DNA of 64,000 nt from a virus, in the UHGV virus genome UHGV-0179803. One strand, 5' to 3'. The stretch's first letter is position 1. Each line of letters opens with the position of its first letter. The position numbers were made by a program, and so were the translations under genes. Below are positions 35,953 to 45,811 of the stretch, piece by piece. The notes below the pieces were generated by a model. The model was not told the origin of the DNA. It made no database searches and saw nothing but the letters and a program-made list of their open reading frames with translations.

Positions 35953-38739
35953 ATGGCGCTTTTTTGTTATGACTTTGAGGCCTCAGGCTTGCTCGATGAG
36001 CCTGAACTGTACTACCATTGTGGACTGTTTAAACAGCACCACAAAAACAATTTCATGCTATTCCTGCCGCTAAACGACAGGACCCATTACACAGAGGAAG
36101 ATGTAGAAACAGCAAAACAATTTGCTCTCAATAAGCAGACAATTTACAAAAACTGTCAGGTGCGGGTTGCCGACTTCGGGTATCTGGAAGAGTGGTTGAC
36201 AGGACATTCTGATTGGTCACCAACAGCTCTTGCCTGCCACAACTGCTTTGATTATGACCAGATTTTGATGGAAAAACTGTCAGGCATTCATTTCGACCTG
36301 TTCGAAGATAAAGATTGCATGGGAACCATCAACGGTCACAGGGTTAACCTGTTCGATACTCTGCCGATGAGTCGTATACTGTGGCCTGATCGCCCGTTAC
36401 CGAAGGGTTGCCCAGAATCAGTATTCAACCCGGTAACGAAGAAAAGTCAAGCTGTAGGTCCACACGGGTTGATGGCCTGGGGCTATGCACTTGGCAACCA
36501 GAAAGTTAAGATTGATGACTGGCGCAATCTTCCACTCTGGAAATACGTAGACCGTGTGTGGGAAGACGTTATCATCCAGGAATTGCTCTGGGACGAACTG
36601 ATCGCCGAGTCCAAAGGGACATTCTACGGTAAATCTGACATGCAAAACTTTATGTATGATCCAGACAAAGAGAAACCTGGTGGATTCAAACAGATCACTT
36701 GGAAGTATGCTCTGCGTCGTGGGATGCTTCAGCACTTCCTGATGGGCTTACAGGCAAGACAAGGTGTTTATTTTGATATTGATGGGGCGATAGCTTTACG
36801 TCAGAAGTGTGACGACATGATGAAAGAGATCGCTGATCGTGTGGAACCGCAGCTGCCACTGAAAGAAATTTCAGAGGCCCAGAAGCCTAAGTTCCCACAG
36901 AAACCGTTTAATACGGATGGTAGTATCTCTTCTCACGGCTACAGCTGGTTGAAGAACAAACTGGGGTATCCAGTTAATGAAGCAGCTTTCGACTTCAAAC
37001 CTGCACCTAAACGGGCTTTCAACAAAGATGGTAGTGTTAGTGCCACAGGTGCTAAATGGTGTGTAGAAAGAGGTTGCACCGATCCTGAAAAACAGGCAGA
37101 CTTCCTGAGGGCAGCACGGTCAGAGGAAGCACCTAAACCTCTGCCGGATGACCTGATGCAACAGGCAATTAAGGATTTGCAGGATAAGAAAATGCCTGAT
37201 TGCATGGTGCCTATGAGAATGAATAACCAGATGGATATCAAGCGTTATCTAATCTCTGTAGGCTGGCAACCAACAATGTGGAGAACGAAAGATTTAACCC
37301 GTGATTACCACAAAAAACAGTTGCCGGATGCTGAAGTTGATGCTAAAGTAAGGGAGTATATGGATGAACTGGAAACATCTGAGTATCGTGCCCTGATCAT
37401 CCGTGAACTGAACAAGGATGCACGATTCAAAATTTCAGAAGCGAAGTTTCTGAGTCGTAAGAACTCCCCGAGGGTTGAGCAGGAGGTGTTCGCTAAGTTC
37501 CGGCGTAAAGCCAGAGGACTACCAACATCCCCGCAGCTGAAAGATAGCTTCGGGCATTTGTGTCCTAACCTGGCAAGACTGCAAGGAGAGATGGCAAAAG
37601 ATATTGTGTTCTGGCTGTCATTGCGTAACCGTAGGTCAGTACTTGACCCAATCAAGGAAGATAAAGTTGATACCGGATTGTTGAATCATCCGAGATTGCA
37701 GATCGATCACCGCTTACCCGCAGAAAGCTCTGGTTTGACTGCTACCGGACGACAGAAGCATAAAATATGTGCCAACCAGCCTAAACCTTCACCAAAAGTT
37801 GTATTGGGTAAGGAGATGCGTAGCCTCTGGAAACCTGCTCCTGGTAAGTATCAGTTGGGGGTGGATGGTTCCAACCTTGAACAGCTGATAGGTGCATGGG
37901 GTGCTTACGATTTCGACAACGGGGCGTATTACAGGATTATAAGCGAAGGGGACGCACATGCTTTGAACGCCAAAGCCTACTCTAAAGTTGTGGGCAGGGA
38001 AGTTTCCCGTGGTGATGGTAAACCAATCACCTATGGTGTGATGTATGGCGCTCAAAAGGATAAAGTAGCGGATATGCTCGACGTTGTGCCGGAGGTTGGT
38101 CAGCAGGTAATTGATGCATTCTGGGATACCAACTTCGGCCTGAAAGGTCGTAAAGAGGCACTTGAGAAATTCTGGGAGGCAACAGGTAAGAAATTTATCT
38201 ATGCTTTCGATGGTCATGCCATCTGGACACGCTCTAAACACTCCTTGCTGAATGCATATCAGCAGAATGGTGGCGCTTCATTGTGTGACTTGGTAGGCTT
38301 ACTGGTTCATCGCAACCTAGTGACCTTGAAAATAGATAATAAAACTTGGTATGACCTAGGTGTCAGAAGAATAATTTATTACCATGACGAATTTCAGTAT
38401 GAAATTCCAGATAATGGCTTATTTAAAACAGTTTATGAGTTTGATACTCTGGAAGAACTGGAAAAATTCAAAGCAGAGGAGGAAGCAAAAGGTCGTATCT
38501 TTACTGGCAACAAATACAAAAAAGCCCGTAAAGATGAAAATGGTGAAGAAGTAGTTGACAGCAACGGTAAAACCGTGTATGATCCAATCATAAACGAAAA
38601 CGGCAAATGCCAGTTGATTCATTGCAAGGTTGGTGAAATGGTTGTTAAATGCTTCCACCAGGCATCTCGCATCATGAAAGTACCTTTCCAGATCACAGGT
38701 GAAGGTCTTGTGGGATACTCGTGGGGCGAATGCCACTGA
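35953..38739 (+). CDS. DNA polymerase, family A, with N-terminal 3'-5' exonuclease
   Basis: 928 aa; Exo I-like FCYDFEASGL; motif B REVSRGDGKPITYGVMYGAQ; motif C IIYYHDEFQYE. Confidence 0.85.
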   Translation: MALFCYDFEASGLLDEPELYYHCGLFKQHHKNNFMLFLPLNDRTHYTEEDVETAKQFALNKQTIYKNCQVRVADFGYLEEWLTGHSDWSPTALACHNCFDYDQILMEKLSGIHFDLFEDKDCMGTINGHRVNLFDTLPMSRILWPDRPLPKGCPESVFNPVTKKSQAVGPHGLMAWGYALGNQKVKIDDWRNLPLWKYVDRVWEDVIIQELLWDELIAESKGTFYGKSDMQNFMYDPDKEKPGGFKQITWKYALRRGMLQHFLMGLQARQGVYFDIDGAIALRQKCDDMMKEIADRVEPQLPLKEISEAQKPKFPQKPFNTDGSISSHGYSWLKNKLGYPVNEAAFDFKPAPKRAFNKDGSVSATGAKWCVERGCTDPEKQADFLRAARSEEAPKPLPDDLMQQAIKDLQDKKMPDCMVPMRMNNQMDIKRYLISVGWQPTMWRTKDLTRDYHKKQLPDAEVDAKVREYMDELETSEYRALIIRELNKDARFKISEAKFLSRKNSPRVEQEVFAKFRRKARGLPTSPQLKDSFGHLCPNLARLQGEMAKDIVFWLSLRNRRSVLDPIKEDKVDTGLLNHPRLQIDHRLPAESSGLTATGRQKHKICANQPKPSPKVVLGKEMRSLWKPAPGKYQLGVDGSNLEQLIGAWGAYDFDNGAYYRIISEGDAHALNAKAYSKVVGREVSRGDGKPITYGVMYGAQKDKVADMLDVVPEVGQQVIDAFWDTNFGLKGRKEALEKFWEATGKKFIYAFDGHAIWTRSKHSLLNAYQQNGGASLCDLVGLLVHRNLVTLKIDNKTWYDLGVRRIIYYHDEFQYEIPDNGLFKTVYEFDTLEELEKFKAEEEAKGRIFTGNKYKKARKDENGEEVVDSNGKTVYDPIINENGKCQLIHCKVGEMVVKCFHQASRIMKVPFQITGEGLVGYSWGECH

Positions 38740-38805
38740 TAAATCAATAACTTACGTAACATACTGGAGGGGAATACTTCCCCTCCCCAATCAGGAGAGT
38801 TAGCC

Positions 38806-39057
38806 ATGACAGAACGTGAAGTAATCCCAGTAGTATGTGTTTACGCAGCAGGTGAAGATGACGGTTATCCACACCTGGAAGGTTTATTTGTTGAAGGCCA
38901 TGAGTACGTACTCGTCCGGTCAGAGGAAGAAGACGAAGAAGGGATCTACCTGGTTAAAGACGAAAGAGTACCGTTTGAATGGTCAGCAATAGAACAGGAA
39001 GATGGTGTGTGGACTGTCGAAGGTCTGGAGCTGATTGCAGAATTCGAAGAACTTTAA
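38806..39057 (+). CDS. small acidic protein
   Basis: 83 aa; ends ...LELIAEFEEL; similar to next ORF. Confidence 0.45.
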   Translation: MTEREVIPVVCVYAAGEDDGYPHLEGLFVEGHEYVLVRSEEEDEEGIYLVKDERVPFEWSAIEQEDGVWTVEGLELIAEFEEL

Positions 39058-39068
39058 GGGGCACCACA

Positions 39069-39290
39069 ATGGAAGACTGTATCTTAGTAAAAGCTAAATT
39101 CGTCAATCCTAGAGCATTTTGGTTTACAGAAGGTGGTACTTACGTACTCCAGAAGTCTCCTCAAATAGCTGGCAATTTAATAGTCATTGACGACGATGGT
39201 GAATCATGGTTCACAACTCCACAGTTTGACGGTACGTGGGAAGTAGTGGGCACTTACACTCACGCTGTATTCGAGGAGATAGAGGAATGA
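39069..39290 (+). CDS. small acidic protein (paralog of upstream ORF)
   Basis: 73 aa from ATG (MEDCILVKAK); ends ...HAVFEEIEE. Confidence 0.4.
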   Translation: MEDCILVKAKFVNPRAFWFTEGGTYVLQKSPQIAGNLIVIDDDGESWFTTPQFDGTWEVVGTYTHAVFEEIEE

Positions 39291-39664
39291 AAGTTAAAGG
39301 CACAGAACACATAGAACGCGCTGTGGAGGTTGAACTGGATGCCCGTGAAGTGGGCGAACTCATCGACAACACAGCAGAAGAAGTGCTCCTGCATTCGATT
39401 CAGTGCCGTGCAATGCAACGTTTCTATGAACGGGTTGCAGGTTTTGAAGGCTCTTTTTGTGTGCGGCAGCGGCAGGGAGATAATGGTATACTTGTGTACC
39501 AACTGTGGAAAATTGATGCTGACTGGGACTACCACAATGATGTTGGCATCGATGAAAAAATAAAAGACTTGACAACAGAGGAGGTTGTGGAGTATATTTA
39601 CCTCCGTGGTTGGGTAGAGAACGCAATATTCCAGTTAAGAATTCCAGTTGGAGAAGCCAAATGA
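39287..39664 (+). CDS. hypothetical protein
   Basis: 125 aa; ATGA overlap. Confidence 0.5.
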   Translation: MKVKGTEHIERAVEVELDAREVGELIDNTAEEVLLHSIQCRAMQRFYERVAGFEGSFCVRQRQGDNGILVYQLWKIDADWDYHNDVGIDEKIKDLTTEEVVEYIYLRGWVENAIFQLRIPVGEAK

Positions 39665-39918
39665 AAATTATTATCAAAGAAGACAAACTGATTTCTGATG
39701 AAACTTTCCGTGATTGCACTGCTGGTGCAGTCTATGAAGCGAAAATGTGTGAAAATCCGCTAATTGCACTCTGCGAACAACTCGGTATCCACCTTGACGA
39801 AGAAGATATTCGTTACGCCGAAGAAGGTCTGCAATGTCTCCTCTTCCACGACGATAAAGGAGAGGCTGTGTATTGCACTTTCAAAGACGTGGTTATTGTA
39901 AAACCTGAACATTATTGA
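39661..39918 (+). CDS. hypothetical protein
   Basis: 85 aa; ATGA overlap. Confidence 0.45.
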   Translation: MKIIIKEDKLISDETFRDCTAGAVYEAKMCENPLIALCEQLGIHLDEEDIRYAEEGLQCLLFHDDKGEAVYCTFKDVVIVKPEHY

Positions 39919-39927
39919 TATTAACTA

Positions 39928-39956
39928 TTGACAAGCGTGGCGGGGTTATGTATAAT
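39928..39956 (+). promoter_or_regulatory. consensus sigma70 promoter
   Basis: TTGACA-17 nt-TATAAT exactly, ~30 nt upstream of the gene starting at 39985. Confidence 0.7.
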
Positions 39957-39984
39957 AGCCCCGTTAACAAAGAGGAGAGCCAGA

Positions 39985-40242
39985 ATGAAAGCACAACGTG
40001 TCAAAGCTAAAGTAAAACGTTTCTGCCTTGAAGAAGACTGCGCATTTTGTGATTGTGAACTAGGTGTCATCTATGATGCTATCATCAATCTGGATGACGA
40101 AGATGATCCTCAACTGGGCAAAGAATGTGTCCTGATCGACGGGCATGGTGATGATGTTTACTGCACAACAGCAGAGCTGGAAATCGTAGAAGAAGGTGAA
40201 GTCTACGAAACTACTTACACAGAACTTTTCCGTAGCTTTTAA
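39985..40242 (+). CDS. hypothetical protein
   Basis: 85 aa from ATG after AGGAGAG. Confidence 0.5.
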   Translation: MKAQRVKAKVKRFCLEEDCAFCDCELGVIYDAIINLDDEDDPQLGKECVLIDGHGDDVYCTTAELEIVEEGEVYETTYTELFRSF

Positions 40243-40254
40243 AGGTGCCACAAG

Positions 40255-40653
40255 ATGAAAAAACTTTGGGATTTAGACCTCTTCGATCTTACTGGGTTTG
40301 ACGATTCATTCGGTGTTATCACAGTCCGTGATGGTGTGGCTGTGCTTAACTTGAATGGTCAGCAATTCCTGCTTGAAGATATGGCTTTGGTACGTGCAGA
40401 TGACAATCCAAAAGCTGATCTGTTTGACCGTTTACAGCCGTTCAATTTCCGTAAAGGTACAAAAGCAGACCTTGATTGTAAGGTCAACGTGATGGTCACA
40501 CAACAAGGTCCGTACCTGGTAATCTGCGCAGTAAAGAAAATGTGCAGCCTGAATGATCACGACCCACGGGCTAAAAACGATGTTATCATCCTCAAAGTGG
40601 GTGATGCGATGGAAGATTTGATGAATGCAACTGGAGGTACTGGTGAGGACTGA
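40255..40653 (+). CDS. hypothetical protein
   Basis: 132 aa; no motif recognised. Confidence 0.5.
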   Translation: MKKLWDLDLFDLTGFDDSFGVITVRDGVAVLNLNGQQFLLEDMALVRADDNPKADLFDRLQPFNFRKGTKADLDCKVNVMVTQQGPYLVICAVKKMCSLNDHDPRAKNDVIILKVGDAMEDLMNATGGTGED

Positions 40654-40945
40654 TTACGAAAATATGGATCCTGAAGACTTCCTGAAGATCTTACGCCGCG
40701 TAATGAACTCACAAAACGAGATCACTTTGGAAGATGAGTTACTTGCCTCTTACCTCGAAGAGGCTGGCGATGAGCTTCCAATCTATGCGGGTCCGGGGGG
40801 CATGTATGCTTTGTGGCGCAAGATAGACATTCTTGAAACAGGGAAAGATATGATTATCTGGCACCTGATCAACAATGTTGGGGTCCCTGCATTTGACAAA
40901 GCGGTTGCAGAATTTTATCAACTTGACGAAGGCTACCCAGTATGA
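40625..40945 (+). CDS. hypothetical protein (start uncertain)
   Basis: ORF overlaps upstream gene; the true start may be the internal ATG near 40664. Confidence 0.4.
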   Translation: MQLEVLVRTDYENMDPEDFLKILRRVMNSQNEITLEDELLASYLEEAGDELPIYAGPGGMYALWRKIDILETGKDMIIWHLINNVGVPAFDKAVAEFYQLDEGYPV

Positions 40946-41202
40946 AACGCTTAACAGACCATGTATTCAAAGAAGGTGACAAAATCGTATTCGATGAGTT
41001 AGGTCCTGGCGCTGAAGCATGTGAAAACCTGACAGTAGGTAAAGAGTATGAAGTTGTAACTCCTACTTACAAACACACACAGCTGTTCGGTATTGATGCT
41101 GAAATCTTACTACCAGGTATGTTTGAAATCCGTGATGATGCAGGTGATCTGATCGTAGGCGTACTTGGTGACGGCCTGTGGGGTGTTGCACGCCCAGTGT
41201 GA
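40942..41202 (+). CDS. hypothetical protein
   Basis: 86 aa; ATGA overlap. Confidence 0.5.
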   Translation: MKRLTDHVFKEGDKIVFDELGPGAEACENLTVGKEYEVVTPTYKHTQLFGIDAEILLPGMFEIRDDAGDLIVGVLGDGLWGVARPV

Positions 41203-41223
41203 TACTGTATAAACAATCAGTAT

Positions 41224-41260
41224 TGTTATTCCTGTAGGGAAGTGCTATAATGGTACTTCC
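41224..41260 (+). promoter_or_regulatory. sigma70-like promoter with dyad-symmetric operator over the -10
   Basis: TTGTTA-16 nt-TATAAT; palindrome GGGAAGT...ACTTCCC brackets the -10 element. Confidence 0.5.
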
Positions 41261-41298
41261 CTTTAATACGTTGTTCAACTAATCGGAGATTTCCTATA

Positions 41299-41694
41299 AT
41301 GGAACAAATGAACGATCAAGAAACGGTGGCAATGAACGTGCCAAACGAAGAACAACCTCAAGAAGCTGTATTCTTAGGGTTATCACGAGATCAGGTAGCT
41401 TTGCTGGCTGTTCTCTCTTCCTTCTTCTCCAACCTTACCGAAGTCATGAAGCAACAAGATGCTGATCGACTCTTCCAGGCACTGGTTGAAGAACCAAATT
41501 ACAGACGCTTAGATTATGCTTTAGGTTGGGTAGCTCGCAACCGGGATGATATCCTTGCTTTGGTGGGAACCTGCAACTTTGCACTGGGCCTACTGGCTAA
41601 AGTACAGGATACCTTAATCAAAGTCGGCTTCCAGGCTGGTGATCAGCAACAAGAAGCAGAGCAACCACAACAAACTGAAGGAGACAAACAATGA
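41299..41694 (+). CDS. hypothetical protein
   Basis: 131 aa; acidic Gln-rich C-terminus. Confidence 0.5.
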   Translation: MEQMNDQETVAMNVPNEEQPQEAVFLGLSRDQVALLAVLSSFFSNLTEVMKQQDADRLFQALVEEPNYRRLDYALGWVARNRDDILALVGTCNFALGLLAKVQDTLIKVGFQAGDQQQEAEQPQQTEGDKQ

Positions 41695-42944
41695 GTGTTG
41701 TACAAGAATTCAAAAACCCAATGAATCCCCGTGAAACTATTCTCATGGCTCACGGTATCATCAAACGGGTAAGTATTAAACCTATCAAAGGGGCTGATCC
41801 TGAAACAGGCATCAAAACTACTGTGTGGCAAGGTAAGAAAATAGAATCCTCACACACTATTGCTCTTCTAATCGCTGAAGTGGATGAGAACGACAAACTG
41901 CTCCAGGGCGGTGAAGAGATGTGGGTTAGCATGGGCGATAAACTCCTGAAACCTGGTCATCAGGATTCTGTTAGCGTTAAGATTAATGACAAATGGGAAA
42001 CTGTAGTACCTGGCTGGATTGTTAACATCCCGCTTAAATCCAACGAGTACAACGGTAAAACCTATTACAAAGGATCTCTGGCTAAAATTGTTGTGTTAGG
42101 GGCTGGTGAAGTACCTGCAAGTGCTCCTAAAGCGCAGCAGAAAGGCCAACAACAGCCTAAACATGGTCAGGGTAAGCAACCACAAGGCAACCAACAAAAA
42201 CCTGCTCAGAAAGGGGCTAATGACGTTTTACGCATTTATGGTACTATCACCGCCATTGATGGTAAATCCGTAACCGTTGATGATCAGAAGATTGGTGTTG
42301 GTGTGATGGTTGTCAACAACCCAAATCAGTTGAAAGAGCTGGTTGTAGGTGGTCGTGTTGCAGCTGTATGCGATACAGCGGGTAATGTCCTGAGTGGTTT
42401 TAAAGCATATCCACCACTGGAAAACAAAACACCTCGTAAGTCAACCTACGACCCTATTGGTGTGAGCACTGGTCATGCTCTTAATGCAATGCAAATTCTT
42501 CTGGATCGTGGATTGAATCCGGGGAGTACGACAGATTTAGGTATCGCAATGCAACTCCACACCTTGACAATTGACCTTAAAATGGAGTATGCTAAGGCAA
42601 CAGGGAATGAAGAGGATGCTGTTGGGGCAACTGTAGGTAATGCTGTACTTAATGCATGTCGCCGTGTTAACATCGACAACCTACAGAATCTTGATTGTCT
42701 GTTCAAAGATATCAAAGCTGAAGCCAATAACGTTCTGGTAAATCTGGCTGAACCTTTGTATCAGTGGATCAAAACTGGCAGCACAACCGCTGTTTCTAAA
42801 CAGGGAACCAAACAGGAACCTGTGCCGGAACAGAAGCCAGAACCGCAACCGGAGCCTCAGCAGAATACTGTAGATGCTCCACCAGTAGAAGAGGAGGAAC
42901 CTGATCCTACAGAGTGGGCCTTTGATGAAGACATACCCTTCTGA
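41691..42944 (+). CDS. single-stranded DNA-binding protein-like, with E. coli SSB-type acidic tip
   Basis: 417 aa; Gln/Pro-rich linkers; C-terminus EWAFDEDIPF resembles the DDDIPF tip of bacterial SSB. Confidence 0.5.
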   Translation: MSVVQEFKNPMNPRETILMAHGIIKRVSIKPIKGADPETGIKTTVWQGKKIESSHTIALLIAEVDENDKLLQGGEEMWVSMGDKLLKPGHQDSVSVKINDKWETVVPGWIVNIPLKSNEYNGKTYYKGSLAKIVVLGAGEVPASAPKAQQKGQQQPKHGQGKQPQGNQQKPAQKGANDVLRIYGTITAIDGKSVTVDDQKIGVGVMVVNNPNQLKELVVGGRVAAVCDTAGNVLSGFKAYPPLENKTPRKSTYDPIGVSTGHALNAMQILLDRGLNPGSTTDLGIAMQLHTLTIDLKMEYAKATGNEEDAVGATVGNAVLNACRRVNIDNLQNLDCLFKDIKAEANNVLVNLAEPLYQWIKTGSTTAVSKQGTKQEPVPEQKPEPQPEPQQNTVDAPPVEEEEPDPTEWAFDEDIPF

Positions 42945-43008
42945 TAAGTCATTGATTTATAGAGGATTTTAGCCATGTTCAACGAAGAAAACTGGGATGT
43001 GTAACGAT

Positions 43009-43035
43009 AAGGCCACCTTCGGGTGGCCTTTTTTA
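43009..43035 (+). terminator. intrinsic terminator
   Basis: AAGGCCACC-TTCG-GGTGGCCTT followed by TTTTTTATT. Confidence 0.7.
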
Positions 43036-43064
43036 TTGACAAGAGAAAAATTTTAGGCTATAAT
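43036..43064 (+). promoter_or_regulatory. consensus sigma70 promoter
   Basis: TTGACA-17 nt-TATAAT immediately after the terminator; ~300-nt leader before the next well-supported start at 43367. Confidence 0.65.
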
Positions 43065-43366
43065 GCGACCACTAAGAGAAAGATAAGGACTACCACTAGG
43101 ATTAAGCAAGACATTATCAAAGCACGCAAACAGTTGACAGCGGAAGAAGCTCTTGATCGGGGTTATCGTTTTGCACAGACTTATAAAGCTATTCGTGAAG
43201 CACTGACTGATATGGTCAATGGGCAGCGGGAAGTGATGAAAAACAATATCAGCATTAAAATTTCTGAGTACACAATTTGCAGGTTAGAAAGTTTAGGCAT
43301 CACTGTTCGTGATTTTGCTTTCAAAGTCTTGTTCCGTTTGGAACGTTTGTGAGAGGGAGGTATTCC

Positions 43367-44005
43367 ATGAAAAAGTTTATTGGCAAGGTAGTGGCTGTAG
43401 ATGTGGACCTTACTTTTGTTGATTCTGGTCGTGCATGGTTAGACTGGTGTCAGAAAAGGACTGGTCTACCTATTAACGTTTTTCTGCCGCCACAGAATCC
43501 ACAGATGCGTTTCTATTATGACCTGACAAAATACTTCCCTGAATGCTACAAGAAAGATTTGAGGCTTTTCTGGAAGTTGGGTGGCATCTATGACAACCTT
43601 GAGCCGTTGCCTGGTGCTGTTGACACTATCAAGTGGTTGCATGATGAAGGAGCCATCATCTGGTTTTTAACTGGGTCTTTAAGCCACAAACAACATGTTA
43701 ATAAATTCGATTTCATTAACAAGTGGTGTCCTTTCCTGGAGATAAAATGGGGAGGCCACGGAAACAGGAACGAAAACGAACTGATCCGTGTGAAAGATAT
43801 GTACGAGAAGGTAAATTTCGAGTGGGACGTGCTCATAGATGATCGCATAGAGGCATTTCCTCCTCGGAAAGATTCTCACGCCGGAAGCACGATTCTGATG
43901 GATACTCCTTACGATCAGAGTTGTACGGATTGGACACGTGTTGACGCTGTTGTTAACGGTTGGGGTGATAAAATGAAAGAGCACCTTGAATGGGCTTTAG
44001 CTTGA
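43367..44005 (+). CDS. HAD-family phosphatase, 5'(3')-deoxyribonucleotidase-like
   Basis: 212 aa from ATG after GGGAGG; motif I VVAVDVDLTF; motif IV VLIDDRIEAF. Confidence 0.55.
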   Translation: MKKFIGKVVAVDVDLTFVDSGRAWLDWCQKRTGLPINVFLPPQNPQMRFYYDLTKYFPECYKKDLRLFWKLGGIYDNLEPLPGAVDTIKWLHDEGAIIWFLTGSLSHKQHVNKFDFINKWCPFLEIKWGGHGNRNENELIRVKDMYEKVNFEWDVLIDDRIEAFPPRKDSHAGSTILMDTPYDQSCTDWTRVDAVVNGWGDKMKEHLEWALA

Positions 44006-44463
44006 TGCCTTCCCACAAAGCAGAGGTACACCACATGTGCAAATGTAAATCTTACAATAAGAAAGTGAAGGGCGCTAAACACCCAAATGTTATTCTGGAA
44101 GTTCCTAAACGTCTTCGTACAAAACGGTTAGATGGGACGGAACAACGCACTATTGCAGTTGATAAATGCATGGCTAAACGGCTGGTTAGTTTGTGGGCAG
44201 CAGGTTTGCAGACTATGAACTGTTGCTGTGGTCACAACAAGTTTATGCCTACAATAATCATTCCAGAAGATGCTTGTCTGGAAGATTATTTCAAGATTCT
44301 TGATCGCTATGAGCAAACTTGTGTTGCACAGTGGCGTAAGTTCAAAGGTGAGTTTAGTCTGTTCTACTACATTAAGGTGGGTTCAGCTATACTTTGTATC
44401 AGTGAGCCTCCAAAAGTTCATGGCCCAGATTTTTATATAGCCACCAAAGTGTTCAATCAATAA
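43990..44463 (+). CDS. Cys/His-rich hypothetical protein (possible zinc-binding)
   Basis: 157 aa; HHMCKCK...AVDKCMAK...NCCCGHNKF cluster. Confidence 0.45.
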   Translation: MGFSLMPSHKAEVHHMCKCKSYNKKVKGAKHPNVILEVPKRLRTKRLDGTEQRTIAVDKCMAKRLVSLWAAGLQTMNCCCGHNKFMPTIIIPEDACLEDYFKILDRYEQTCVAQWRKFKGEFSLFYYIKVGSAILCISEPPKVHGPDFYIATKVFNQ

Positions 44464-44480
44464 GTTAAGATATTAAGTTC

Positions 44481-44738
44481 ATGAAAAGAAAACTAATTAA
44501 GCGCAATAAGGCATTTTTAAGTAAGTGTATTAAGGACGCTAAGGGCTGGCCTCTATACCTCTTCCTTTATGACAGGTATTCTAAAATGTCGGTTATGGAA
44601 ATGCGGTACTACAAGAAGCTCAGAAAGGAATCATATACGAAACAGGGCCGCATTAACGGACTTTACCTGATGTGGTACGGTAAAGAACCGTCCAGAATCT
44701 GTGTTGGGTTAAAGGGGCGTATACGGAACAAAAATTAA
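44481..44738 (+). CDS. hypothetical basic protein
   Basis: 85 aa; Lys/Arg-rich. Confidence 0.45.
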   Translation: MKRKLIKRNKAFLSKCIKDAKGWPLYLFLYDRYSKMSVMEMRYYKKLRKESYTKQGRINGLYLMWYGKEPSRICVGLKGRIRNKN

Positions 44739-44788
44739 TATTTTGCAACTTTACCTCTTGACAACACCAACAAAAAAGAGTACATTAA

Positions 44789-44815
44789 AGGCCAACAAAG
44801 ATTGTTGGCCTTTTT
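44789..44815 (+). terminator. hairpin plus T-run (terminator or attenuator)
   Basis: GGCCAACAA-AGAT-TTGTTGGCC followed by TTTTTATTTT; a TTGACA-17-TACATT promoter-like site lies immediately upstream (44758..44786). Confidence 0.5.
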
Positions 44816-44834
44816 ATTTTCGGAGAGACATATC

Positions 44835-45338
44835 ATGGCACTTAGTCTGAAACACGAATTTGGCGGTCTTGTTAACAGAGAACTTTTCGGTATTGACTGG
44901 TGTGTAGAGAAGTTTACTGGTTATCAAGACAAGGAAGAGGCTTACGTTACGCTGTCTGTACAAATTTACACTACAAGAATCACTATCCACCAGGGTGATG
45001 GAAATGTAACTCTTGACGAAATGTATGCCAAATACGATCTTATCCGTGATATGATCGAGCGCTGGATGTTTGCTCTGGATAACAACATCAAATGTAGTGA
45101 TCGTATCTGGTTAGACAACTCTCACGCCAAAGGGCACATGCACGGGAATTGCACTTTCGAGGTCTGTGTTGACGGCGACAGTAGTGATGACACTTTCACT
45201 TTAGCTGATTGTCAAAAACGGCTGTATTTTTCTCCTTACCAAATAGACCAAGTAAAATTACTGCATAAAGAACTTTGCAACCTTCTTAAAGCAATCAAGT
45301 ATTGCAAAACTCATGACGTTTATGGGGGTGCATTATGA
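44835..45338 (+). CDS. hypothetical protein
   Basis: 167 aa from ATG after GGAGAG. Confidence 0.5.
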   Translation: MALSLKHEFGGLVNRELFGIDWCVEKFTGYQDKEEAYVTLSVQIYTTRITIHQGDGNVTLDEMYAKYDLIRDMIERWMFALDNNIKCSDRIWLDNSHAKGHMHGNCTFEVCVDGDSSDDTFTLADCQKRLYFSPYQIDQVKLLHKELCNLLKAIKYCKTHDVYGGAL

Positions 45339-45790
45339 TTTTTGGTAGTGACGGTGGCAAATGGTACGGTGATGACTACTACGGAATCAGCTACCACATA
45401 GAACTGAACAAAAAGCTGCCTTGTGTGTTTGAACTGTGCATTAAAAAGGCAGAACGTGTTGTTCGCCTGCACAATGATCATTTTGCAGACTTCCTGATAA
45501 AAATCGAAAGACTGCAAGACTGTTTGTGTGATTTTTTACAAGCAGTAGATAACGGTGAGAAAAGTTACGGCAGGGTTGATCTCGACAGCAGTGATGAATT
45601 TTTCAAAATGCTGGCGCGTTGTTGCTGGCATGTCGGGATGGAAGGGGCTTGCTATCCAGAGTTTTGTATCTCTGATTGCTACCGCATCAATCATTTTACT
45701 TCTATCGAGTTTTTAAAAGACCTCGAAAACGAGTTAAAGGTTGTGTTAGACTACCTGCACAAACACGCAGCAGAGTACGGAGATCGTTAA
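45335..45790 (+). CDS. hypothetical Cys-rich protein
   Basis: 151 aa; ATGA overlap. Confidence 0.5.
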   Translation: MIFGSDGGKWYGDDYYGISYHIELNKKLPCVFELCIKKAERVVRLHNDHFADFLIKIERLQDCLCDFLQAVDNGEKSYGRVDLDSSDEFFKMLARCCWHVGMEGACYPEFCISDCYRINHFTSIEFLKDLENELKVVLDYLHKHAAEYGDR

Positions 45791-45811
45791 GCTAAGTAGA
45801 AGAGGGGCACT

